DNA of 64,000 nucleotides, taken from assembly GCA_964016885.1 (NCBI GenBank), contig OZ024745.1:43648001-43712000 (forward strand), given 5' to 3'. The notes under the pieces were generated by a model. It saw nothing but the letters and a program-made list of their open reading frames with translations, had not been told where the DNA came from and made no database searches. The translations under genes were made by a program, and so were the position numbers. Below, one piece after another: positions 1 through 13,700 of the stretch. Position 1 is the first letter of the stretch. Every line of letters starts with the position of its first letter. The stretch is from Eledone cirrhosa. Lineage: Eukaryota.

Positions 1-492
1 TTGAGGGAGTGGTTTTTTGATAGCAGTGAGAATTTTTGGTGGCAGTGAGTAATTAGATTCCCATCTGTTGTTTTGACATTTTTATAGAATATATTATTGG
101 TTATTTTTCTAAATCTATAGAAGGATTAGAGATAGTAAAGATATGCGTGGTTGGTTTTGTGTTTGCACTTAATTAACATTCAGACTTAAATTTTTCTTTC
201 AAGTGTACGGATCCTTTCACCCACGCATTCACACACAAATATATTTGCACACCTCTACAAAATACATATACTCACATTCACATATTCATACTTACATACA
301 TATACACATGCATACATATATATATACACACATGTATTCATGTACATACATACGCGTTCATGTGTATACATTTTCATACTCAACTTATCTTTATATACAC
401 ACGTATAGACACACACATATATACATACATACTCTAGTCTATGTGTACACATATACATATACATACACATCTATATATATATATATATATAT

Positions 493-531
<39 letters not shown>

Positions 532-612
532 CACTTTAATACATGAATACACTTACATCTAACTATACACATCAAACATATATATATATTTACTTATTTA
601 TATACATTTTCA

Positions 613-1050
613 CATCATCATCATCATCATCATCATCAACGTTTAACGTCCGTGTTCCACGCTTGCATGGGTTTGGACGGGGGTAGTCCCACTTGAGGCA
701 AGAGTGATTGTCTTGCTCGCATAGGACTGTCTGGCAGGTTTTCTACAGTTGGATGCCCTTCCTAACACCAACCACATTTACAGTGTGGGTCTGGGAGGTT
801 TTTACCGTGTTGCCTACACGGCCACATTACAACGTGGACTGTGTGTTTTTTTGTCGTGACACCTACACGATCTCATTTGTTTCGGCCTATGGCGCGGCAC
901 CAACATAACTTTACATAGAACGGGGTGGTGTGGATGGGGTGGGGTGGTGGGGGTGGGACGGGGTGTATTTTGTTAGAGATGCCTACTGGTTGGAGTAGGT
1001 TTTACTATATATTTAGGTAAGGCGGGTCTTCTCTGTTACTGAGTACCGCC
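613..1050 (-). mobile_element. SINE family B, (ATG)n tail
   Basis: (CAT)n run then gtttaacgtccgtgttccacgcttgcatggg...ggatgcccttcctaacaccaacc; near-identical copy at 59760-60310, opposite-strand copy at 57990-58200. Confidence 0.8.
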
Positions 1051-1239
1051 AACATATATATACATATTTATGGACGTTTTTAGACACATTCATTATCGCA
1101 TATTTGCACCTATTCTCATCAGCATATCTTTCCATTATTAGTGTGGTAATTTAAGGTTATTAATATATGTTGAGAAGAGATTGTTTTTATATTTTTCTAA
1201 CTAGATTGAGGTTTATATAGTTGGGGGGATGTCCCTCTT

Positions 1240-1476
1240 TTATGTAATATTCGGCTTGTAGTGGGAAAAAAGGGTTTTAATTCTGTGACGGCAGAATAAT
1301 GTTCGTTCAATTCTGTTATTCAGCAGTTTCTTCTTGTGTGTGATTATGTAATAAATCTCAAGATTACACAATTTGCAGAAATTTTGGCTCCTGGAAAAGC
1401 TTTGGGTTTTAGCTAATTTCTCCCATTTTAGGGTAAACTTTTGATCGCTATCCCTGAGCGTCCAAGCTTTTTCTGC
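1240..1476 (-). mobile_element. Penelope-like element, C-terminus of GIY-YIG endonuclease region (fragment)
   Basis: My translation AEKAWTLRDSDQKFTLKWEKLAKTQSFSRSQNFCKLCNLEIYYIITHKKKLLNNRIERTLFCRHRIKTLFSHYKPNIT* fits the PLE pattern W-L..W..CxLC-xE..LLNxRxE..CRH. Confidence 0.75.
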
Positions 1477-1784
1477 TATATATAGTAAAATAAAAAATAT
1501 ATAATATTTATTTATACATAGTATATATTATATATATTTATCATATAAATTAATGATTTAATTTATTTTATATTATTTACAATTTGCGTGTAGGCAGGTC
1601 TCTCTGGAAATAGGGTTGGGAGGGGGGGCCGTTTTTTTGTATTACTTGGCAGTGAGGGGGTGCAGTGACCCAAAAAGTTTGAGAACCTCTGACCTAAACA
1701 AACTGGCTGCTATCTCCATAACAACTGGCTACTATCTTTAAAGCCACTGGTTTATATCTGATCTCTTCATAGTAACTACTACTA

Positions 1785-4700
1785 TGATCTCACTATAACA
1801 TATATGTTCTATCTGATCTCTTTATAACATATATGTTCTATCTGATCTCTCTATAACATATATGTTCTATCTGATCTCTTTATAACATATATGTTCTATC
1901 TGATCTCTCTATAACATATATGTTCTATCTGATCTCTCTATAACATATATGTTCTGTCTAATCTCTCTATAACATATATGTTCTATCTGATCTCTCTATA
2001 ACATATATGTTCTATCTGATCTCTCTATAACATATATGTTCTATCTGATCTCTCTATAACATATATGTTCTATCTGATCTCTCTATAACATATATGTTCT
2101 GTCTGATCTCTCTATAACATATATGTTCTATCTGATCTCTTTATAACATATATGTTCTATCTGATCTCTCTATAACATATATGTTCTATCTGATCTCTCT
2201 ATAACATATATGTCTGATCTCTTTATAACATATATGTTCTATCTGATCTCTCTATAACATATATGTTCTATCTGATCTCTCTATAACATATATGTTCTGT
2301 CTAATCTCTCTATAACATATATGTTCTATCTGATCTCTCTATAACATATATGTTCTATCTGATCTCTCTATAACATATATGTCTGATCTCTTTATAACAT
2401 ATATGTTCTATCTGATCTCTCTATAACATATATGTTCTGTCTGATCTCTCTATAACATATATGTTCTATCTGATCTCTCTATAACATATATGTTCTATCT
2501 GATCTCTCTATAACATATATGTTCTATCTGATCTCTCTATAACATATATGTCTGATCTCTCTATAACATATATGTTCTGTCTGATCTCTCTATAACATAT
2601 ATGTTCTATCTGATCTCTTTATAACATATATGTTCTATCTGATCTCTTTATAACATATATGTTCTATCTGATCTCTTTATAACATATATGTTCTATCTGA
2701 TCTCTCTATAACATATATGTTCTATCTGATCTCTCTATAACATATATGTTCTGTCTGATCTCTCTATAACATATATGTTCTATCTGATCTCTCTATAACA
2801 TATATGTTCTATCTTAACTCTCTATAACATATATGTTCTATCTGATCTCACTATAACATATATGTCTGATCTCTTTATAACATATATGTTCTATCTGATC
2901 TCTCTATAACATATATGTTCTATCTGATCTCTCTATAACATATATGTTCTATCTGATCTCTCTATAACATATATGTTCTATCTGATCTCTCTATAACATA
3001 TATGTTCTATCTGATCTCTCTATAACATATATGTTCTATCTGATCTCTCTATAACATATATGTTCTGTCTGATCTCTCTATAACATATATGTTCTATCTG
3101 ATCTCTTTATAACATATATGTTCTATCTGATCTCTCTATAACATATATGTTCTATCTGATCTCTCTATAACATATATGTTCTATCTGATCTCACTATAAC
3201 ATATATGTTCTATCTGATCTCTCTATAACATATATGTTCTATCTGATCTCACTATAACATATATGTTCTATCTGATCTCTCTATAACATATATGTTCTAT
3301 CTGATCTCTTTATAACATATATGTTCTATCTGATCTCTCTATAACATATATGTTCTATCTGATCTCTCTATAACATATATGTTCTATCTGAACTCTTTAT
3401 AACATATATGTTCTGTCTGATCTCTTTATAACATATATGTTCTATCTGATCTCTTTATAACATATATGTTCTATCTGATCTCTCTATAACATATATGTTC
3501 TATCTGATCTCTCTATAACATATATGTTCTATCTGATCTCTCTATAACATATATGTTCTGTCTGATCTCTCTATAACATATATGTTCTATCTGATCTCTT
3601 TATAACATATATGTTCTATCTGATCTCTTTATAACATATATGTTCTGTCCGATCTCTCTATAACATATATGTTCTATCTGATCTCTTTATAACATATATG
3701 TTCTATCTGATCTCTCTATAACATATATGTTCTGTCTGATCTCTTTATAACATATATGTTCTATCTGATCTCTTTATAACATATATGTTCTGTCTGATCT
3801 CTCTATAACATATATGTTCTATCTGATCTCTTTATAACATATATGTTCTATCTGATCTCTCTATAACATATATGTTCTATCTGATCTCTCTATAACATAT
3901 ATGTTCTATCTGATCTCTCTATAACATATATGTTCTGTCTGATTTCTTTATAACATATATGTTCTATCTGATCTCTCTATAACATATATGTTCTATCTGA
4001 TCTCTCTATAACATATATGTTCCGTCTGATCTCTCTATAACATATATGTTCTGTCTGATGTCTCTATAACATATATGTTCTATCTGATCTCTCTATAACA
4101 TATATGTTCTATCTGATCTCTTTATAACATATATGTTCTGTCTGATCTCTCTATAACATATATGTTCTGTCTGATGTCTCTATAACATATATGTTCTATC
4201 TGATCTCTCTATAACATATATGTTCTGTCTGATCTCTCTATAACATATATGTTCTGTCTGATGTCTCTATAACATATATGTTCTATCTGATCTCTTTATA
4301 AAATATATGTTCTGTCTGATCTCTCTATAACATATATGTTCTGTCTGATCTCTCTATAACTTATATGTTCTATCTGATCTCTCTATAACATATATGTTCT
4401 GTCTGATCTCTCTATAACATATATGTTCTATCTGATCTCTTTATAACATATATGTTCTATCTGATCTCTCTATAACATATATGTCTGATCTCTCTATAAC
4501 ATATATGTTCTATCTGATCTCTCTATAACATATATGTTCTATCTGATCTCTTTATAACATATATGTTCTATCTGATCTCTCTATAACATATATGTTCTAT
4601 CTGATCTCTCTATAACATATATGTTCTGTCTGATCTCTTTATAACATATATGTTCTATCTGATCTCTCTATAACATATATGTCTGATCTCTCTATAACAT

Positions 4701-7700
4701 ATATGTTCTATCTGATCTCTCTATAACATATATGTTCTATCTGATCTCTCTATAACATATATGTTCTGTCTGATCTCTTTATAACATATATATTCTATCT
4801 GATCTCTCTATAAAATATATGTCTGATCTCTCTATAACATATATGTTCTATCTGATCTCTCTATAACATATATGTTCTATCTGATCTCTCTATAACATAT
4901 ATGTTCTATCTGATCTCTCTATAACATATATGTTCTATCTGATCTCTCTATAACATATATGTTCTATCTGATCTCTCTATAACATATATGTTCTGTCTGA
5001 TCTCTCTATAACATATATGTTCTATCTGATCTCTTTATAACATATATGTTCTATCTGATCTCTCTATAACATATATGTTCTATCTGATCTCTCTATAACA
5101 TATATGTTCTATCTGATCTCACTATAACATATATGTTCTATCTGATCTCTCTATAACATATATGTTCTATCTGATCTCACTATAACATATATGTTCTATC
5201 TGATCTCTCTATAACATATATGTTCTATCTGATCTCTTTATAACATATATGTTCTATCTGATCTCTCTATAACATATATGTTCTATCTGATCTCTCTATA
5301 ACATATATGTTCTATCTGAACTCTTTATAACATATATGTTCTGTCTGATCTCTTTATAACATATATGTTCTATCTGATCTCTCTATAACATATATGTTCT
5401 ATCTGATCTCTCTATAACATATATGTTCTATCTGATCTCTCTATAACATATATGTTCTGTCTGATCTCTCTATAACATATATGTTCTATCTGATCTCTTT
5501 ATAACATATATGTTCTATCTGATCTCTTTATAACATATATGTTCTGTCCGATCTCTCTATAACATATATGTTCTATCTGATCTCTTTATAACATATATGT
5601 TCTATCTGATCTCTCTATAACATATATGTTCTGTCTGATCTCTTTATAACATATATGTTCTATCTGATCTCTTTATAACATATATGTTCTGTCTGATCTC
5701 TCTATAACATATATGTTCTATCTGATCTCTTTATAACATATATGTTCTATCTGATCTCTCTATAACATATATGTTCTGTCTGATCTCTTTATAACATATA
5801 TGTTCTATCTGATCTCTTTATAACATATATGTTCTGTCTGATCTCTCTATAACATATATGTTCTATCTGATCTCTTTATAACATATATGTTCTATCTGAT
5901 CTCTCTATAACATATATGTTCTATCTGATCTCTCTATAACATATATGTTCTATCTGATCTCTCTATAACATATATGTTCTGTCTGATTTCTTTATAACAT
6001 ATATGTTCTATCTGATCTCTCTATAACATATATGTTCTATCTGATCTCTCTATAACATATATGTTCCGTCTGATCTCTCTATAACATATATGTTCTGTCT
6101 GATGTCTCTATAACATATATGTTCTGTCTGATGTCTCTATAACATATATGTTCTATCTGATCTCTCTATAACATATATGTTCTATCTGATCTCTTTATAA
6201 CATATATGTTCTGTCTGATCTCTCTATAACATATATGTTCTGTCTGATGTCTCTATAACATATATGTTCTATCTGATCTCTCTATAACATATATGTTCTG
6301 TCTGATCTCTCTATAACATATATGTTCTGTCTGATGTCTCTATAACATATATGTTCTATCTGATCTCTTTATAACATATATGTTCTATCTGACCTCTCTA
6401 TAACATATATGTCTGATCTCTCTATAACATATATGTTCTATCTGATCTCTCTATAACATATATGTTCTATCTGATCTCTTTATAACATATATGTTCTATC
6501 TGATCTCTCTATAACATATATGTTCTATCTGATCTCTCTATAACATATATGTTCTGTCTGATCTCTTTATAACATATATGTTCTATCTGATCTCTCTATA
6601 ACATATATGTCTGATCTCTTTATAACATATATGTTCTATCTGATCTCTCTATAACATATATGTTCTATCTGATCTCTCTATAACATATATGTTCTGTCTG
6701 ATCTCTTTATAACATATATATTCTATCTGATCTCTCTATAAAATATATGTCTGATCTCTCTATAACATGTATGTTCTATCTGATCTCTCTATAACATATA
6801 TGTTCTATCTGATCTCTTTATAACATATATGTTCTATCTGATCTCTCTATAACATATATGTTCTATCTGATCTCTTTATAACATATATGTTCTATCTGAT
6901 CTCTCTATAACATATATGTTCTGTCTGATCTCTTTATAACATATATGTTCTGTCTGATCTCTCTATAACATATATGTTCTGTCTGATGTCTCTATAACAT
7001 ATATGTTCTGTCTGATCTCTCTATAACATATATGTTCTATCTGATCTCTCTATAACATATATGTTCTGTCTGATCTCTCTATAACATATATGTTCTATCT
7101 GATCTCTTTATAACATATATGTTCTATCTGATCTCTCTATAACATATATGTCTGATCTCTCTATAACATATATGTTCTATCTGATCTCTCTATAACATAT
7201 ATGTTCTATCTGATCTCTTTATAACATATATGTTCTATCTGATCTCTCTATAACATATATGTTCTATCTGATCTCTCTATAACATATATGTTCTGTCTGA
7301 TCTCTTTATAACATATATGTTCTATCTGATCTCTCTATAACATATATGTCTGATCTCTCTATAACATATATGTTCTGTCTGATCTCTTTATAACATTTAT
7401 GTTCTATCTGATCTCTTTATAACATATATGTTCTATCTGATATCTTTATAACATATATGTTCTATCTGATATCTTTATAATATATATGTTCTGTCTGATC
7501 TCTCTATAACATATATGTTCTATCTGATCTCTCTATAACATATATGTTCTGTCTGATCTCTTTATAACATATATGTTCTGTCTGATCTCTCTATAACATA
7601 TATGTTCTATCTGATCTCTTTATAACATATATGTTCTATCTGATATCTTTATAATATATATGTTCTGTCTGATCTCTCTATAACATATATGTTCTGTCTG

Positions 7701-10700
7701 ATCTCTTTATAACATATATGTTCTATCTGATCTCTTTATAACATATATGTTCTGTCTGATCTCTCTATAACATATATGTTCTATCTGATCTCTTTATAAC
7801 ATATATGTTCTATCTGATCTCTCTATAACATATATGTTCTGTCTGATTTCTTTATAACATATATGTTCTATCTGATCTCTCTATAATATATATGTCTGAT
7901 CTCTCTATAACATATATGTTCTATCTGATCTCTCTATAACATATATGTTCTATCTGATCTCTCTATAACATATATGTTCTGTCTGATCTCTCTATAACAT
8001 ATATGTTCTATCTGATCTCTCTATAACATATATGTTCTATCTGATCTCTCTATAACATATATGTTCTGTCTGATCTCTTTATAACATATATGTTCTATCT
8101 GATCTCACTATAACATATATGTTCTATCTGATCTCTCTATAACATATATGTTCTGTCTGATCTCTTTATAACATATATGTTCTATCTGATCTCTCTATAA
8201 CATATATGTTCTATCTGATCTCTCTATAACATATATGTTCTATCTGATCTCTCTATAATATATATGTCTGATCTCTCTATAACATATATGTTCTATCTGA
8301 TCTCTCTATAACATATATGTTCTATCTGATCTCTTTATAACATATATGTTCTATCTGATCTCTCTATAACATATATGTTCTATCTGATCTGTCTATAACA
8401 TATATGTTCTATCTGATCTCTCTATAACATATATGTTCTATCTGATCTCTCTATAACATATATGTTCTGTCTGATCTCTCTATAACATATATGTTCTATC
8501 TGATCTCTCTATAACATATATGTTCCGTCTGATCTCTTTATAACATATATGTTCTATCTGATCTCTCTATAACATATATGTTCTATCTGATCTCTTTATA
8601 ACATATATGTTCTATCTGATCTCTTTATAACATATATGTTCTATCTGATCTCTCTATAACATATATGTTCTATCTGATCTCTCTATAACATATATGTTCT
8701 ATCTGATCTCTCTATAACATATATGTTCTATCTGATCTCTCTATAACATATATGTTCTGTCTGATCTCTCTATAACATATATGTTCTATCTGATGTCTCT
8801 ATAACATATATGTTCTATCTGATCTCTCTATAACATATATGTTCTATCTGATCTCTCTATAACATATATGTTCTATCTGATCTCTTTATAACATATATGT
8901 TCTATCTGATCTCTCTATAACATATATGTTCTATCTGATCTCTCTATAACATATATGTTCTATCTGATCTCTCTATAACATATATGTTCTGTCTGATCTC
9001 TCTATAACATATATGTTCTATCTGAACTCTTTATAACATATATGTTCTGTCTGATCTCTTTATAACATATATGTTCTATCTGATCTCTCTATAACATATA
9101 TGTTCTATCTGATCTCTCTATAACATATATGTTCTATCTGATCTCTCTATAACATATATGTTCCGTCTGATCTCTTTATAACATATATGTTCTATCTGAT
9201 CTCTCTATAACATATATGTTCTATCTGATCTCTCTATAACATATATGTTCTATCTGATCTCTCTATAACATATATGTTCTATCTGATCTCTCTATAACAT
9301 ATATGTTCTATCTGATCTCTTTATAACATATATGTTCTATCTGATCTCTCTATAACATATATGTTCTATCTGATCTCTCTATAACATATATGTTCTGTCT
9401 GATCTCTTTATAACATATATGTTCTTTTTGATCTCTCTATAACATATATGTTCTATCTGATCTCTCTATAACATATATGTTCTGTCTGATCTCTCTATAA
9501 CATATATGTTCTATCTGATCTCTTTATAACATATATGTTCTGTCTGATCTCTTTATAACATATATGTTCTATCTGATCTCTCTATAACATATATGTTCTA
9601 TCTGATCTCTCTATAACATATATGTTCTGCCTGATCTCTCTATAACATATATGTTCTGTCTGATCTCTCTATAACATATATGTTCTGTCTGATCTCTCTA
9701 TAACATATATGTTATATCTGATCTCTCTATAACATATATGTTCTATCTGATCTCTCTATAACATATATGTTCTGTCTGATCTCTTTATAACATATATGTT
9801 CTATCTGATCTCTCTATAACATATATGTTCTATCTGATCTCTTTATAACATATATGTTCTATCTGATCTCTCTATAACATATATGTTCTATCTGATCTCT
9901 CTATAACATATATGTTCTATCTGATCTCTCTATAACATATATGTTCTGTCTGATCTCTCTATAACATATATGTTCTGTCTGATCTCTCTATAACATATAT
10001 GTTCTGTCTGATCTCTTTATAACATATATGTTCTATCTGATCTCACTATAACATATATGTTCTATCTGATCTCTCTATAACATATATGTTCTGTCTGATC
10101 TCTTTATAACATATATGTTCTATCTGAACTCTCTATAACATATATGTTCTATCTGATCTCTCTATAACATATATGTTCTGTCTGATCTCTCTATAACATA
10201 TATGTTCTATCTGATCTCTCTATAACATATATGTTCTATCTGATCTCTCTATAACATATATGTTCTGTCTGATCTCTCTATAACATATATGTTCTATCTG
10301 ATCTCTCTATAACATATATGTTCTATCTGATCTCTCTATAACATATATGTTCTATCTGAGCTCTTTATAACATATATGTTCTATCTGATCTCTCTATAAC
10401 ATATATGTCTGATCTCTCTATAACATATATGTTCTATCTGATCTCTCTATAACATATATGTCTGATCTCTCTATAACATATATGTTCTATCTGATCTCTC
10501 TATAACATATATGTTCTATCTGATCTCTTTATAACATATATGTTCTATCTGATCTCTCTATAACATATATGTTCTATCTGATCTCTCTATAACATATATG
10601 TTCTATCTGATCTCTCTATAACATATATGTTCTATCTGATCTCTCTATAACATATATGTTCTATCTGATCTCTTTATAACATATATGTTCTATCTGATCT

Positions 10701-13700
10701 CTCTATAACATATATGTTCTATCTGATCTCTCTATAACATATATGTTCTATCTGATCTCTCTATAACATATATGTTCTATCTGATCTCTTTATAATATAT
10801 ATGTTCTATCTGATCTCTCTATAACATATATGTTCTATCTGATCTCTCTATAACATATATGTTCTGTCTGATCTCTCTATAACATATATGTTCTATCTGA
10901 TCTCTTTATAACATATATGTTCTATCTGATCTCTCTATAACATATATGTTCTATCTGATCTCTCTATAACATATATGTTCTGTCTGATCTCTCTATAACG
11001 TATATGTTCTATCTGATCTCTCTATAACATATATGTTCTATCTGATCTCTCTATAACATATATGTTCTGTCTGATCTCTCTATAACATATATGTTCTATC
11101 TGATCTCTCTATAACATATATGTTCTATCTGATCTCTCTATAACATATATGTTCTATCTGAGCTCTTTATAACATGTATGTTCTATCTGATCTCTCTATA
11201 ACATATATGTCTGATCTCTCTATAACATATATGTCTGATCTCTCTATAACATATATGTCTGATCTCTCTATAACATATATGTTCTATTTGATCTCTCTAT
11301 AACATATATGTTCTATCTGATCTCTTTATAACATATATGTTCTATCTGATCTCTCTATAACATATATGTTCTATCTGAACTCTCTATAACATATATGTTC
11401 TATCTGATCTCTCTATAACATATATGTTCTATCTGATCTCTTTATAACATATATGTTCTATCTGATCTCTCTATAACATATATGTTCTATCTGATCTCTT
11501 TATAACATATATGTTCTATCTGATCTTTCTATAACATATATGTTCTATCTGATCTCTCTATAACATATATGTTCTGTCTGATCTCTCTATAACATATATG
11601 TTCTGTCTGATCTCTTTATAACATATATGTTCTGTCTGATCTCTCTATAACATATATGTTCTATCTGATCTCTCTATAACATATATGTTCTATCTGATCT
11701 CTTTATAACATATATGTTCTATCTGATCTCTCTATAACATATATGTTCTATCTGATCTCTTTATAACATATATGTTCTATCTGATCTCTCTATAACATAT
11801 ATGTTCTATCTGATCTCTTTATAACATATATGTTCTATCTGATCTCTCTATAACATATATGTTCTATCTGATCTCTTTATAACATATATGTTCTATCTGA
11901 TCTCTCTATAACATATATGTTCTATCTGATCTCTCTATAACATATATGTTCTGTCTGATCTCTCTATAACATATATGTTCTGTCTGATCTCATTATAACA
12001 TATATGTTCTGTCTGATCTCTCTATAACATATATGTTCTATCTGATCTCTCTATAACATATATGTTCTATCTGATCTCTTTATAACATATATGTTCTATC
12101 TGATCTCTCTATAACATATATGTTCTGTCTGATCTCTTTATAACATATATATTCTATCTGATCTCACTATAACATATATGTTCTATATGATCTCTCTATA
12201 ACATATATGTTCTATCTGATCTCTCTATAACATATATGTTCTATCTGAGCTCTCTATAACATATATGTTCTATCTGATCTCTCTATAACATATATGTTCT
12301 GTCTGATCTCTTTATAACATATATGTTCTATCTGATCTCTCTATAACATATATGTTCTGTCTGATCTCTCTATAACATATATGTTCTGTCTGATCTCTTT
12401 ATAACATATATGTTCTGTCTGATCTCTCTATAACATATATGTTCTATCTGATCTCTCTATAACATATATGTTCTATCTGATCTCACTATAACATATATGT
12501 TCTATCTGATCTCTCTATAACATATATGTTCTATCTGATCTCTCTATAACATATATGTTCTATCTGAGCTCTCTATAACATATATGTTCTATCTGATCTC
12601 TCTATAACATATATGTTCTGTCTGATCTCTTTATAACATGTATGTTCTATCTGATCTCTCTATAACATATATGTCTGATCTCTCTATAACATATATGTTC
12701 TGTCTGATCTCTTTATAACATATATGTTCTATCTGATCTCTCTATAACATATATGTTCCGTCTGATCTCTCTATAACATATATGTTCTGTCTGATCTCTC
12801 TATAACATATATGTTCTATCTGATCTCTCTATAACATATATGTTCTGTCTGATCTCTCTATAACATATATGTTCTATCTGATCTCTCTATAACATATATG
12901 TTCTATCTGATCTCTTTATAACATATATGTTCTATCAGATCTCTCTATAACATATATGTTCTATCTGATCTCTCTATAACATATATGTTCTATCTGATCT
13001 CTCTATAACATATATGTCTGATCTCTCTATAACATATATGTTCTATCTGATCTATTTATAACATATATGTCTGATCTCTCTATAACATATATGTTCTATC
13101 TGATCTCTCTATAACATATATGTTCTATCTGATCTCTTTATAACATATATGTTCTATCTGATCTCTCTATAACATATATGTTCTATCTGATCTCTCTATA
13201 ACATATATGTTCTGTCTGATCTCTTTATAACATATATGTTCTTTTTGATCTCTCTATAACATATATGTTCTGTCTGATCTCTCTATAACATATATGTTCT
13301 GTCTGATCTCTCTATAACATATATGTTATATCTGATCTCTCTATAACATATATGTTCTATCTGATCTCTTTATAACATATATGTTCTGTCTGATCTCTTT
13401 ATAACTTATATGTTCTATCTGATCTCTCTATAACATATATGTTCTGTCTGATCTCTTTATAACATATATGTTCTGTCTGATCTCTCTATAACATATATGT
13501 TCTATCTGATCTCTCTATAACATATATGTTCTATCTGATCTCTCTATAACATATATGTTCTGTCTGATCTCTCTATAACATATATGTTCTATCTAATCTC
13601 TCTATAACATATATGTTCTGTCTGATCTCTCTATAACATATATGTTCTATCTGATCTCTCTATAACATATATGTTCTGTCTGATCTCTTTATAACATATA

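Noticed and set aside
203-562. His/Tyr/Ile-rich ORFs here and at 33370-33825, 42501-43114, 45070-45509
   Set aside because: Translations of (TA)n/(CA)n microsatellites
137-1131. Split hammerhead in the first Penelope-like element (minus-strand aaagatatgCTGATGAG with a 10-bp complement at 137-146)
   Set aside because: No convincing stem II, GAAA or stem III could be assembled; the halves are 1 kb apart across a microsatellite and SINE
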